Assembly (NCBI RefSeq): GCF_004010195.1
Contig: NC_057720.1
Span: forward strand, 21,055,943 to 21,119,942
Reading direction: 5' to 3'
DNA from: Chiloscyllium plagiosum
Lineage: Eukaryota
DNA: 64,000 bases
Positions 51,890-64,000 of this stretch are shown here, one piece after another (position 1 is the stretch's first letter; each line of letters opens with the position of its first letter). The position numbers were made by a program, and so were the translations under genes. Below the pieces are notes generated by a model. The model worked only from the letters and a program-made list of their open reading frames with translations, did not search any database and was not told the DNA's origin.

Positions 51890-52450
51890 TAGTCCTTTGC
51901 ATAGAGGAGTTGGGAAGTCACGTTGAGGTTGTAGAGGACGTTGACGAGGTCTCTTCTGGAATATTATGTCCAGTTCTAGTTGCCCAGTTATAGGAAGGAT
52001 ATTATCAAGCTGGAGAGGGTTCAGAAGAGATTTACCAGAACGTTGCTGGGTATGAACAGGGACTCTTTTTCACTGGAGAGTAGGAGACTGAGAGGTGACC
52101 TTATAGAAGTTTATAAAATCATAACGGGCGTAGATAAGGATTAATGGTAGGCATCTTTTGTCTAGGATGGGGTTTTCAAGACTACGGGGCACAATTTTAA
52201 GGTGAGAGGAGAGAGATTTAGAATAGTCACTAGGGACAAATCTTTTACACAGAGGGTGGTTCATGTGTGGAATGAACTTCCTGAGGGAGTGGTTGATCTG
52301 GGCACAAATTACGACATTTGGATAAGTACATGGATATGAAAGGTTTGGAGAGAAATGGGCCAGGAGCAGACTAGTTTAGTTTGGGATTATGTTCAGCATG
52401 GACTGGTTGGACTGAGGGTCTATTTGTGTGCTGTATGAGTCTATGACTCA
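51890..52450 (+). mobile_element. CR1 3' fragment
   Basis: gagaggtgaccttatagaagtttataaaatc... and (ctatga)n tail. Confidence 0.85.
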
Positions 52451-53357
52451 GTAATGAGCTATAGTCGTTATTGTCTGAATTGGCTTGTTTCTAATTGAAA
52501 TTCTTCCATTTCATCCAGCATATAGCTGAACAGCTGTTCCCATTTGTGATATAAAAGTTAGCACTTTGTGGGTTAAATATGTGAATCAGATTACTTTGTA
52601 GCATAATGTGTTGTAGTAGGCCAAGCTATTAACTGGGAAGAGCTTCCAATGAAGTGATTACTTGAACCTGAAACCTAAACTCTAAATGGGGACAAAATGG
52701 TTAACATAGATTGAGCCTTCAGCTTTTATTCCTTCATCCAGTAGAGCACGAAGACTCGGGGCTGTGATTTTCAACGAATTGAAAATGATTGTCCAGGGTT
52801 GCTCATGAAAGTCTTTATGTACAAAATTGAGAAAACTAAGGAAACCTCTCCAGTGCCGCACAGGCTGAAGAGAATGCGGCTGCTTAGCAACCATTTGGCA
52901 GCCAACCAGTCGAATAACTGATCATTACAAGGACCTGTGCTTGCCCCTGTTTCATTTGAAGTGGAATCCAGCTGCAAGCACGAATTTGCATATGAAAATA
53001 TCAGAATGAGTTCTTTTATAGGTCAGGAAGGACGAGCTTCTTCCTGCTGTTCTTTACATTCTTATATAAGCACATTAACTGTATCACTTGACCACAAACT
53101 TACTTCCTAATTGAAATTACACACAAATTACACTGTGCAGTGAGCACATGCAGCACGATTGATTTAGCCTCTTTAATTAAACATTTCATTTCTTTTTAAA
53201 GGAACACAGCTATTGAGACGCTAGCCCAGAATGTCGAAATGCTGCTACACTGAATGGGGGCGGTGGGGGACATTGGGAGTGTAGCCGAGATGGCACTGGA
53301 GAAATGCCTTGTTGCTTTTCACTTTGAGAGGTTGGTTCTCTCCAATGGCATTATATT

Positions 53358-53695
53358 GAATCATAGAATCCTGAACAGTGTGGAAGGAGATCATTTGGCC
53401 CATCAAGTCCACACTGACCCTCCAAAGAATATTCCACTACACCCACCCCCAACCCTATCCCTGTAGCCCTGCATTCCCCATGGCTAATCCACCTAACCTT
53501 CACATCCCGAGACACTATGGTCAATTTAGCAAGGGTAATCCACCTAACCTACGCATCTTTGGATTGTGGGAGGAAACTGGAGCACCTGGAGGAAACCCAT
53601 GGTGACAAAGGGAGAATGTGCAAACTCCACACAGACAGTCACCCGGAGGTGGAATTGAACCCGGGTCCCTGGCGCTATGAGGCAGCAGTGCTAAT
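53358..53695 (-). mobile_element. HE1/V-SINE-type SINE
   Basis: Reverse-complement V-domain and tRNA head. Confidence 0.85.
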
Positions 53696-55176
53696 TATGG
53701 GACTCTGCAAGGAGGTTGTGTTTATGGGAGACTCAGATATTGCAAAGTTGAGAGTTAGGGTGGGCAACGTGCCCCTGGGCACTGAGAGACTTTAAATCCA
53801 AGTTCGAAAAGGATTCACATCTATATCATGAAGTATCTTTTGACTGCTTGTGGGAAGTAAATAGCTAAAGCATTTCTTTACCCATTGCAGTTAGATACAG
53901 AAGTGAATTTGTTCTTGTCACGTAACACTGTTGTAATAAATAAACATGAATGCAGTGTACTGAGACTACATAAAAAGCTCTTAAATGTAGTTGCATCATT
54001 TTTGCTGTCAGTTATTTCCGATAAAGTTGAAAAGTGACCATAGTACAGTACATTCATATTATTTATGTAATTATGGTACATGAAAGGACAATTTTCATCT
54101 TTACATAACTGCAGTGGTAACAAAAACATTTTATTTATTTACTTAGTAGACGGTAGTCAAAAAAAGTACTTACTGCACAGTCGTGGAGTACATTTCTCCT
54201 AAATGTCATTCCAAATCCCGTGATTCCTTGGCCATTGCAAAATCCATCTTTGCAAAAATGCAACTTCCCACTCCCTGTTGAAAAGCTTACATGTTTCCTG
54301 ACTTTACTTCAGTTTAATTCTAAATCATACCAGTTTCCTTCTAAGCCACACAATATCCTGACTTGAAACTATATTACAGTCCTTTTAGTGCCCTGGAATT
54401 CCTTTCCTCACTGCACTACTGGAGTACCCCCAAGGACTGCAGTGGTTCAAGAAGGCAGCTCACCCCACCTTGTCAAGGACAGTGGGGTTGGCCAATGACC
54501 TTCATGTGCCATAAAAAATAAAAGGCAAACAATTTTGCACATTCACAATCTTGATAACGAATCTGTTGCTTTTGCTGACTTTTGCTGTTTCAGTTTTGGA
54601 CAGAGTAGAGAGTCCGGAACCAACTAGTAATAGTGCATGATGCAAATGGTCGTAAAAACATAAAAAATTATTGGCTTCGAAGGAAACCATTCACCACTTC
54701 CTGTTTCTGTTGTCTCAAAAAGAGTCAATCTGCTTAATTTATCCAGGTCATTGTCTGCAGCCCTGCAAGTTATCACATTTTGACTGCATGTCGAATCATT
54801 TATCAGATGTGATGAATAATTCTACATCTCTTGCTCTTTCAGACTGTGAGATACAGGTCTTTACCATCCTTAGTTGAAAAAAATAATCCTCAACTCACTG
54901 AATTACTTTTAAACTATGCATTATGAAGGTCAAAGCAATTGTCTTCGGTTCCAACCCAACTTCCATTAGTTAGCTATTAGATCCATCCCCCCACCTACCA
55001 AGCAATGGTCTCAGGTTTAGCCAGGTGAGTTGTAAGCTCAACACTCTACTTAGGCTTCAACTGACTTTCTAATTACATTTGATTTTTGTCAGCAAGGCCA
55101 CCAACTTTCACTTTTGTAACACTGTTTGCTTCTGCTATTGCCTGCAGCCATCTCCAGCTGAAACTCTTATTCACAC

Positions 55177-55471
55177 ACGGCACGGTGGCACAGTGGTTAG
55201 CACTGCTGCCTCACAGCGCTAGAGATCTGGGTTCAATTCCCGACTCAGGTGACTGACTGTGTGGAGTTTGCACGTTCTCCCCGTGTCTGCGTGGGTTTCC
55301 TCCGGGTGCTCCGGTTTCCTCCCACAGTCCAAAGATGTGCAGGGTCAGGTGAATTGGCCATACTAAATTGCCCGTAGTGTTAGGTAAGGGGTATGGGTGG
55401 GTTTCGCTTCGGCGGGTCGGTGTGGACTTGTTGGGCCGAAGGGCCTGTTTCCACACTGTAATCTAATCTAA
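55177..55471 (+). mobile_element. Young HE1/V-SINE-type SINE
   Basis: Near-consensus head ggcacggtggcacagtggttagcactgctgcctcacagcg, CpGs intact, (ctaat)n tail. tcacac on both sides (55171-76, 55472-77). Confidence 0.92.
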
Positions 55472-56220
55472 TCACACTTAATGGTAAGGTCCTAGGGAGT
55501 GTTGCTGAACAAAGAGACCTTGGAGTGCAGGTTCATAGCTCCTTGAAAGTGGAGTCGCAGGTAGATAGGATAGTGAAGAAGGCGGTTGGTATGCTTTCTT
55601 TTATTGGTCAGAGTATTAAGTACAGGTGTTGGGAGGTCATGTTGTGGCTGTACAAGACATTGGTTAGGCCACTGTTGGAATATTGCGTGCAATTCTGGTC
55701 TCCTTCCTATCAGAAAGATGTTGTGAAACTTGAAAGGGTTCAGAAAAGATTTACAAGGATGTTGCCAGGGTTGGAGCATTTGAACTATGGGGAGATGCTG
55801 AACAGGCTGGGGCTATTTTCCCTGGACCGTTGGAGTTTAAGGGGTGACCTTATAGAGGTTTACAAAATTATGAGGGGCATGGATAGGGTAAATAGGCAAA
55901 GTCTTTTTCCTGGGGTCGGGGAGTCCAGAACTAGAGGGCATAGGTTTAGGGTGAGAGGGGAAAGATATAAAAGGGACCTAAGGGGCAACTTTTTCACGCA
56001 GAGTGGTACGTGTATGAAATGAACTGCCAGAGGAAGTGGTGGAGGCTGGTACAATTGCAACATTTAAAAGGCATTTGGATGGTATATGAATAGGAAGGGT
56101 TTGGAGGGATATGGGCCGGGTGCTGGCAGGTAGGACTAGATTGGGTTGGGATATCTGGTCAGCATGGATGGGTTGGACCGAAGGGTGTGTTTCCATGCTG
56201 TACATCTCTATAACTCTATG
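55472..56220 (+). mobile_element. CR1 3' fragment inserted in an older L2-like remnant
   Basis: LYKTLVRPLLEYCVQFWSP...RGDLIEVYKIMRG; (ctctat)n tail. Confidence 0.9.
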
Positions 56221-56850
56221 CTTTTTTTATCTCCGGATTCAGCCGTTACAATGCGCTCACCATTGGTCTACCACCTTTTACATTCCTTAGCATAAAATCA
56301 TATAAAAACCTCCTGCCTGTACCCAATTTGGAATGTGTCCCATTCATCATCAGCTCCATGTTTACTGACCTGTATTGACTTCCAGAAAACCAAACTCTTA
56401 ATTTTAATCTTCTCACCCATGTATTACATTCCCTCCAAATTCCCTTCACCACTTCACAATTTGGTTGTACCCACACCATTGCAATCCATGTCTTTATCTG
56501 TCTAGCTCCTAACCTCTTGCATCTCCTCCATAGGTTTATCAACCTGTCCCCCTTTGAGAAGTACCTGAACAGTGACATTGCTCACCAGAATGTAAAACTG
56601 AATTCAGGTTTGCACCCTTGCATGGTGAGATCTAATCAAAACAATGGAAAAGTCATTCTGCCTCAGAAGGCATTGGTTGATCAATAGTTTTGTTTTGAGA
56701 CACGTTACAGAAGTGCAACAGAATGGAAGGATCCATAACACATTAAATTTCACCTGATGTTGACACTTTAAGCCCAAAATGGGGAAGTCCGTATTCCCAA
56801 CAATATTATGAATCCGGAAAGCACACATCATTAACAAGCCATCTTAACTT

Positions 56851-56983
56851 AAAGGCGAAAGTGAGTACTGCAGATGCTGGAGATTAGAGTCGAGAGTGTG
56901 GTGCTGGAAAAGCACAATAGGTCAGGCAGCATCCGTGGAGCAGGAAAATCGACGTTTCGGGCAAAAGCCCTTCATCAGGAATT
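56851..56983 (-). mobile_element. Solo PLE terminus with intact hammerhead motif (56947-56983)
   Basis: Minus strand attc-CTGATGA-a-gggc-tttt-gccc-GAAAC-GTC. Flanked by ttaactt at 56844-50 and 56984-90. Confidence 0.82.
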
Positions 56984-57879
56984 TTAACTTGAAACTTTTT
57001 AATTTAAACTCCATTGAGTTGGAATTAGCAGGAGCAATGCATTTTGCAGTACAGACCATTAGACCTCACTCTTCACTCAGGTGTGTTATTGCCCTGTACC
57101 ATCTGGAGTCTATCATTAAAATATTCCAACCATTCAGTAAAGATTGGTTTAGTTTATCAAGATATCAACGTTTCATGTTCAGAATGAATCCAATGGGTCA
57201 CAGTTGATAATGAAATTCTCCTGAAGTTCAGCCTGAGGGATATCCCACCTCACAGTGGTGTACACCCATTGGGAATCTAGAATGAAGACATTTTTGTTAT
57301 GCTACTCTTCAGCTGTTTGACGGACAAAATGCAAACAAATCAGAAGTGATTTCAGTCAAGATGAGAAACAAGTAAACAGACGAAAAATGACAATTCATTT
57401 GTTTTTTCTTTCTTGGAAAACAGAAAACGCAGGAAATTCTGGACAATAAGATGATAAGATATTACAGAAGGAGTTGGAGAAAGCACTTGGGCCTAAAAGG
57501 TTTAAAGAGTATGGGGAAAAAGTCAAACTGTCTGATGAGTTGAATGATCAGCCATGGTCATAACGAAAGACAGAGCAAATTCAAAGGGCGGACAGGGCTA
57601 TTCCTACTCCTATTTTCTATATTTCTGTGTAGGCATAGGAGCAGAAGTTGGCTGTTCTCTGTGCCACCATTCAGCACGATCATGGATGACCTGATAATCC
57701 TTAACCTCACTTTTTCCCATAGCCTTTGATTCCATTTACTCAATAAAAATCTGTCTATCTCAGCCTTGCATATACTTAAAGATCCTGCCACAATACCTCT
57801 TTGCAGCAAAGAATTACATAGATTCTGAGAGAAAATTTACCTCCACATCTCTATCTTAAACTGGTGAACCCTTAATCTG

Positions 57880-58190
57880 AGATGCTGGAAATCTGAAATG
57901 AGAACTGAAAATGCTGGAGAAGCTCAACAGGATTGGCAGCATTGATGGAGAGAAAAGCAGAGTAAATGTTTCGAGTCTGCTATGACTTTTCAGAACTAAA
58001 AGGAGTGAAAAATTGTGTTGATAAAAGGGGAAGAGAATCATATGGAACTGATAGTGTAGGTGTCCAGAGCAAGAGGCAAAAAGAGTGCTAATGGTGGTAA
58101 TGGAGATGGAAAATAGAGGTAAATGTTAGGTATGAAAAGGAGGACATGGGTCCTCACTGCTAAGAGCAAAACCAACAAGACACAAACAAA
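57880..58190 (-). mobile_element. Old PLE terminus (third family)
   Basis: gatgctggaaatctgaaa..gaaaatgctggagaagctc..aatgtttcgagtc. Related pieces at ~4425-4530, ~7170-7250 and ~24460-24585. Confidence 0.55.
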
Positions 58191-58484
58191 ATGGAAAACA
58201 GAGGTCCATGGGTGACATGGTGGTTCAGTGGTTAGCACTGCTGCCTCATAGCACCAGGGACCTGGGTTCAATTCCACCCTCCACACATATGGTAGGTTTG
58301 ACAGTGACATAGCATGATGCCATCCAACATCGTGTCCAGCCCCTTAACCGCTCAGTGCTCTGAACTGTGACAAGTTGCCTGCATCTCCCTCTGAACTATA
58401 AAAACGATGCAAACCACAGAGACTGGCAACCTATAAGTTAGGGCACAGTGAGTGACTGCCGAGGAGGTAAGTAAGAGACTTGCT

Positions 58485-59612
58485 CCACTACACTAACACC
58501 TTCCACCCCGACCTCAAATTCACCTGGACAGTCTCGGACTCCTCCCTCCCCTTCCTAGACCTTTCTGTTTCTATCTCAGGCGACCGAATCAACACGGACA
58601 TCTACCACAAACCGACCGACTCCCACAGCTACCTGGACTACACCTCCTCCCATCCTGCCCCCTGTAAAAACGCCATCCCATTCTCCCAATTCCTTCGTCT
58701 CCGCCGCATCTGCTCCCAGGAGGACCAGTTCAAAATACGTACAACACAGATGGCCTCCTTCTTCAAGGACCGCAATTTCCCCCCCGACATGGTCGACGGT
58801 GCCCTCCACCGCATCTCCTCCACTTCCCGCTCCTCCGCCCTTGAGCCCCGCCCCTCCAACCGCCACCAGGACAGAACCCCACTGGTCCTCACCTACCACC
58901 CCACCAATCTCCATGTACAGCGCATCATCCGCCGTCACTTCCGCCACCTCCAAACAGACCCAGCACCAAGGATATATTTCCCTCCCCTCCCCTATCAGCT
59001 GTCCGTAGAGACCACTCCCTCCGCGACTCCCTTGTCAGATCCACACCCCCCACCGACCCAACCTCCACTCCCGGCACCTTCCCTTGCAACCGCAGGAGGT
59101 CCAACACTTGCGCCCACACCTCCCCCCTCACTTCTCTCCAAGGCCCCAAAGGAAACTTCCATATCCGCCACAGATTCACCTGCACCTCCACCCACATCAT
59201 CTACTGCATCCGCTGCAGCCGGTCTGGCCTCCTCTATATTGGGGAGACAGGCCGCCTACTTGCGGAGCGACACAGAGAGCACCTCTGGGCCACCCGGACG
59301 AACCAACCCAACCAACCTGTAGCACAGCATCTCAACTCCCCCTCCCACTCCACCGAGGATATGCAGGTCATTGGACTCATCCACCGCCAAACCACAACAA
59401 TTCCACCTATCACATTTCCAACGCCCCTCCTCCAAGTCCCTCCTCCCTACCTTTTATCTTCTCCTGCTGAACACTCTCTGCTCATTCCTGAAGAAGGGCA
59501 TGTGCCCGAAACGTCGAATCTTCTGTTCCCTAGATGCTGCCTGACCTGCTGTGCTGTTCCAGCAATAAAGTTTCAGCTTTGATCTCCAGCGTCTGCAGAC
59601 CTCACTTTCTCC
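58485..59612 (+). mobile_element. 5'-truncated young Penelope-like element
   Basis: FHPDLKFTW..LPFLDL..TDIYHKPTDSH..SQFLRLRRICS, GIY-YIG region (frameshifted), pLTR tail. acttgct at 58478-84 and 59613-19. Confidence 0.93.
59483..59520 (+). ncRNA. Best-preserved minimal hammerhead motif
   Basis: ATTC-CTGAAGA-a-gggca-tg-tgccc-GAAAC-GTC-GAAT. Stem I (ATTC/GAAT), stem II, core and GUC triplet intact; predicted cut after 59515. Confidence 0.78.
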
Positions 59613-60549
59613 ACTTGCTTATGCTTGCTGATTCCTGTGGCCAAAGTGTCTTGGCAGAAACATGCAATCTTATGTGGCCCTAAGCTCCGTGTCTTGAAAG
59701 ACTGAGATGGTGTGTCAGTTGGTCCAATAGCAGCAATGTTGATATGGTTTGGTAATGCACATGTGTGTGGAAGAAGAGTGGTGGAAGACAGTGTCCATGG
59801 AGTATGCAGGGACACTGTGGTGAAGACAGAGTTGTCTGAAGGTGCAACCAAACAAGTGGCAAGCTGCTGCCCTGGGTACCCATTCAGAGATGGAGAGGAG
59901 AATTGGAAGATGTATTGAAATGGGCCCCCTTTATCTAATAATGAGACGCAAATGCATGGAAATAGGTAGTGCAATGGGATTCAGAACTCATTATTTAAAC
60001 CTAAAAGGAAATTGGAAATGTGTTTCATCGATGCAACGTGGTATTTTTTACATTTTTTTTTGCCATATTTCTCAACTTTCTCACAATGGTCCATGCTGCT
60101 CAAATCAGCAAAAGGTTCCTACTTTATGTTGAGTTGGTAGCTCTCTTTGTACATGGCACATTTTTAAGGATCTTGATTCACAGTTGATTTTCCTTCAAGG
60201 CTGATCACTTCCTATGGAGCTGGGCACCACTTCCAAAGACAGGAAGAATCTTTATTCTTACTGCAAGTTCGATGTTTCTGGACACCTTCTCCCTCTGGAG
60301 CAAAAGAGAAAGCAGTTTCTACCACGGCAGCTGTTCACAAGAGGTGGTCTCAATGCATGAAAATATATTCAGTTGCCCCTCAGTTGACCTAAAGGGCTGA
60401 AATAAAATATTTTGCTGCCAACTTATGCCTATTGCTTTGTGCCAATACAAATGCGGTGATGTCTAGGAAATTAATGTTTTCCTTGTGAGTTGTGGCTTCA
60501 AGTTGAATAGAGCTTGGAGAGTTGAGGATACTGATGAGTTCTTCTAATT

Positions 60550-61290
60550 AGAACATAGAACAAAGAAGGATACAGCGCAGTACAGGCCCTTTGGCCCTCG
60601 ATGTTGCGCCGATCCAAGCCCACCTAACCTACACTAGCCCACTAGCCTCCATATGCCTATCCAATGCCCGCTTAAATGCCCATAAAGAGGGAGAGTCCAC
60701 CACTGCTACTGGCAGTGCATTCCATGAACTCACGACTCGCTGAGTAAAGAACCTACCCCTAACATCTGTCCTATACCTACCACCCCTTAATTTAAAGCTA
60801 TGCCCCCTCGTAATAGCTGACTCCATACCTGGAAAAAGGTTCTCATGGTCAACCCTATATAAACCCCTAATCATCTTGTACACCTCTATCAAGTCACCCC
60901 AAACCTTCTTTTCTCCAATGAAAACAACCCCAAGTGCCTCAGCCTTTCCTCATACGATCTTCCTACCATACCAGGCAACATCCTGGTAAACCTCCTCTGC
61001 AAATGTTCCAGTGCCTCCACATCCTTCCTATAGTATGGCGACCAAAACTGCACACTATACTCCAGGTGCGGCCGCACCAGAGTCTTATACAACTGCAACA
61101 TGATCTCAGGACTCCGGAACACAATTCCTCTACCAATAAAAGCCAGTACGCCATATGCCTTCTTCACCGCACTATTTACCTGGGTGGAACTTTCAAAGAT
61201 CTGTGTACATGGACACCAAGATCCCTCTGCTCATCCACACTACCAAGTATCCGACCATTAGCCCAGTACCCCATCTTTTTGTTACTCTTA
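60550..61290 (-). mobile_element. CR1 3' fragment
   Basis: LYKTLVRPHLEYSVQFWSP; FFTQRVVSSWNALP. Confidence 0.9.
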
Positions 61291-62412
61291 AATTCTACGT
61301 TTGTTTGAGGCCACTCAAATATGTCAGAAGTATGGGAGGTATTCTTATGATGTGACTGTATGATCTAATAAATGAGAATGAAAATGGAGTCCCTGACAAC
61401 CAAAATGTCGGATCCAAAAATTATAAAGTAGCCCTAAATCTGAAGAGCCTTTGTGAACATTCATTTGAAGTAAGGCCAGGTTCAAAGGAGTGGAGCTGAC
61501 TGAATACTGTGAATGCGAAGTTGGGTGTAATTATTAGAAAAAGCTATCAATGTAAAGTATATCATCCTGAACCCTGAACTCTCAATGGGCTTTTTAAAAA
61601 TAAGAGGCTGAGAGTCCGAAAATGAAGAAGCTTTGCTGAATGGTTTTAGGGATGTGGAATCACAGCAAAATGGAGGTTGCTCTCCTAAGATGCCTGAGGG
61701 CATTTTGTAGAGGGGCATAAAAGTAAGATAGGATTTAGATGGAATAAATAGAAACTGTTTCCAACAGAAAAGTATTGATAATATGATGCCCTAGATTTAA
61801 CTTAATTTAAATTGGTGGCAAAAGAACAAGAGGTGATACAAGGCAAAAGGGTTTACACAGATAATGGTTAGGATTAGGAGTGCACTCACTCCTTGACACT
61901 GAATTGGATACAGATTCATAGGAAATTTGATAAATATTTGGAAGGCAAAGTGAAAGAATGTGTAGGGCAGGGGCAGTGGTGGAATGCACGGGGTTTCTCT
62001 TTGAAAGAACTGGCTCAGACTCGATGGGCCAAATGGCTTCCTTCTGTGCTGCATTATTTTATTGTATTGGAGTCAAAACATATTGTGAAGGCATTTGACA
62101 GAGGCTGTCAACCTGTCAGGGGTTTAAGGGGTAGGAAGATGGGGGGGCAATGGAGATAAGGGACCTACAGGCACGAGGACCCATGGTGTCTCTCCCTGGC
62201 CCTGACCACAGAAGTGACAGGGAATGATACAATTCTTCTCCTAAATTAACTCAAAATTATTTGATCATCACCTGAACTAATTTCTTCCAGCAGCACAATA
62301 AAGAAAATTTGAGAATATTGTCAGCTGAAGTAATTGAAAAAAAGATTCCTGCCAAAAAGAAACTACATGCACTGTTTTTTTTCTCTGATCATTAGGTGCA
62401 TATTATGTAATC

Positions 62413-62648
62413 AGGTGACTGACTGTGTGGAGTTTGCGCATTCTCCCTGTGTCTGTGTGGGTTTCCTCCCACAGTCCCCTGTGTCTGTGTGGGTTTCCTC
62501 CCACAGTCCAAAAATGTGCAGGTTAGGTGAATTGGCCATGCTAAATTGCCTGTAGTGTTAGGTGTAGGGACTGGGTGGGTTGTGCTTCGGTGGGTCGGTG
62601 TGGACTTGTTGGGCCGAAGAGCCTGTTTCCACACTGTAAGTAATCTAA
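62413..62648 (+). mobile_element. 5'-truncated HE1/V-SINE-type SINE with internal duplication
   Basis: V-domain with a duplicated cctgtgtctgtgtgggtttcctcccacagtcc segment. Confidence 0.82.
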
Positions 62649-64000
62649 TATGTTATGAAGTGCTTTAGGACATTCTGAAGATGAAAAGTGCTCATAAAAG
62701 CTTCCTTTCTTATTCTCATTTATGTTGACACTTCAGTAGTTAATGTGAATATTGTGATTTGTAGGCCTGGCTTATTTTCTGTGAATTAGTTAGTTACTCT
62801 TGTTTTGGAAGACTAATTTTAAAAACTCATGTTTGATCAATGCACGGTAATAGCTTCTTGTTATCTGATACAAGTTGGTGCAGTGGATGAATTGACATGT
62901 CAACTGTGGCTCATCGGTCATGTTTCCTAGAATCATAGAATCCCGTCAGTGCCAGAGCAGCCCATTCGGCCCAACGAGTCCACACCGACCTATACTTTTT
63001 GCGAAAACAAAAGAAAATAACTCTGACTAAATGTTTCCCAGGGTATTGCTAATTGGTTGATTATCAGAATATTGAGAGTGTTTGCCGGAGTTCTGTTTAT
63101 GGCAAGATGATTTATCTTCTTGATGACACATTGACCTTAGGAGCTATTGAGTGATATACAAAGGGGTGAGCACACTGGATGGCTGGATCTGATTACAGCC
63201 ATGCTGGGACGGCATGAAAGCTGATGCATAGGGTTCAGTGGTAGTGCCCTTCCCTCTGAACCAGAAGGTATCAAGTCCCACCCTACGATGTTATGGCCAT
63301 GATGTGTCACAGCATATCCAATTAGGTTGATTAATTTATTTTTTAATAAGTTGATGCACAATAATACTGAAATATTCTAGATGTGGTTAGTCACATACAC
63401 ACAGTCAAAAATATCATATTCCAGATAATCTGACGCTAAGAATCCTTTTTTTTCTCAGCAGGAGGCATAATGACTTAATTATAACAGATAGAGTGAAATC
63501 TGCTCCTGTTGGGAAGTCAACTATTTCATTCAAGTCACATATGAATTAATTTTGGTAAAGTAAATGTCTATTGACTTGTTACATGTTAATATTCTGTAGG
63601 TATCTCATTTTGTACAAAACGTGTAGAAGGTGCAGATTACAATTTATCTCTGGCATCAGTTTTTAATATTTAAAACAAATTGGCTGTTATTGATTCTGAT
63701 TTCCTATTTCCTCAGTCAGTTCAGATTGGCTCTTGTAGCAAATGGGTTCATTCAACACTTGATTGTTTCCTTTTTTAATTTTAAGATTGCAACGTTGATT
63801 ATCAGGCATCTTTGCTCACTAACAAATGTGTATGCTGAATTGCTTAGCAGCTAGGTAGTTATGTAATGCCAAATTATACTGACTGCATGAAGACAAAGAT
63901 GTTGCCCTACATTTGAACCAGGAAGAGCAACAATTGTGTGTTTATCGATGTGTCATTATTCTGCTGGGTTTAGAGAAATGCCATGGTTTCCTTTGTATCA

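Noticed and set aside
52682..52894. Minus ORF ending in NHFVPI (OTU/vertnin-like His motif)
   Set aside because: Only a 5-residue resemblance, with an in-frame stop just upstream and no other supporting motifs.
55177..55260. tRNA-like A/B boxes
   Set aside because: Head of a SINE, continuing into the V-domain and LINE tail; not a tRNA gene.

Overview
Vertebrate genomic DNA, most likely from a shark: it carries HE1/V-SINE-type SINEs, CR1 LINEs and abundant Penelope-like elements (PLEs). The taxon is inferred from repeat content only. One host gene is recognisable, RWDD3 (RSUME), on the + strand. It has 4 coding exons (22297-22369, 26471-26955, 37964-38079, 38200-38323), all GT-AG introns, and a 798-nt CDS (265 aa). 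Most of the rest is nested, decayed transposons (PLE, CR1, L1/Tx1, RTE, Rex1-like, Gypsy, SINEs, MITEs), plus two N gaps. The most striking structure is a set of PLE termini carrying minimal hammerhead ribozyme motifs (CTGANGA-stem-GAAACGTY). Several are arranged as fold-back units with 13-17 bp target-site duplications (TSDs). One unit (32895-34031) appears to have carried ~790 bp of unrelated DNA into RWDD3 intron 2. Several near-perfect inverted duplications suggest recurrent template switching. Repeat boundaries are approximate unless a TSD or terminal inverted repeat (TIR) is quoted.
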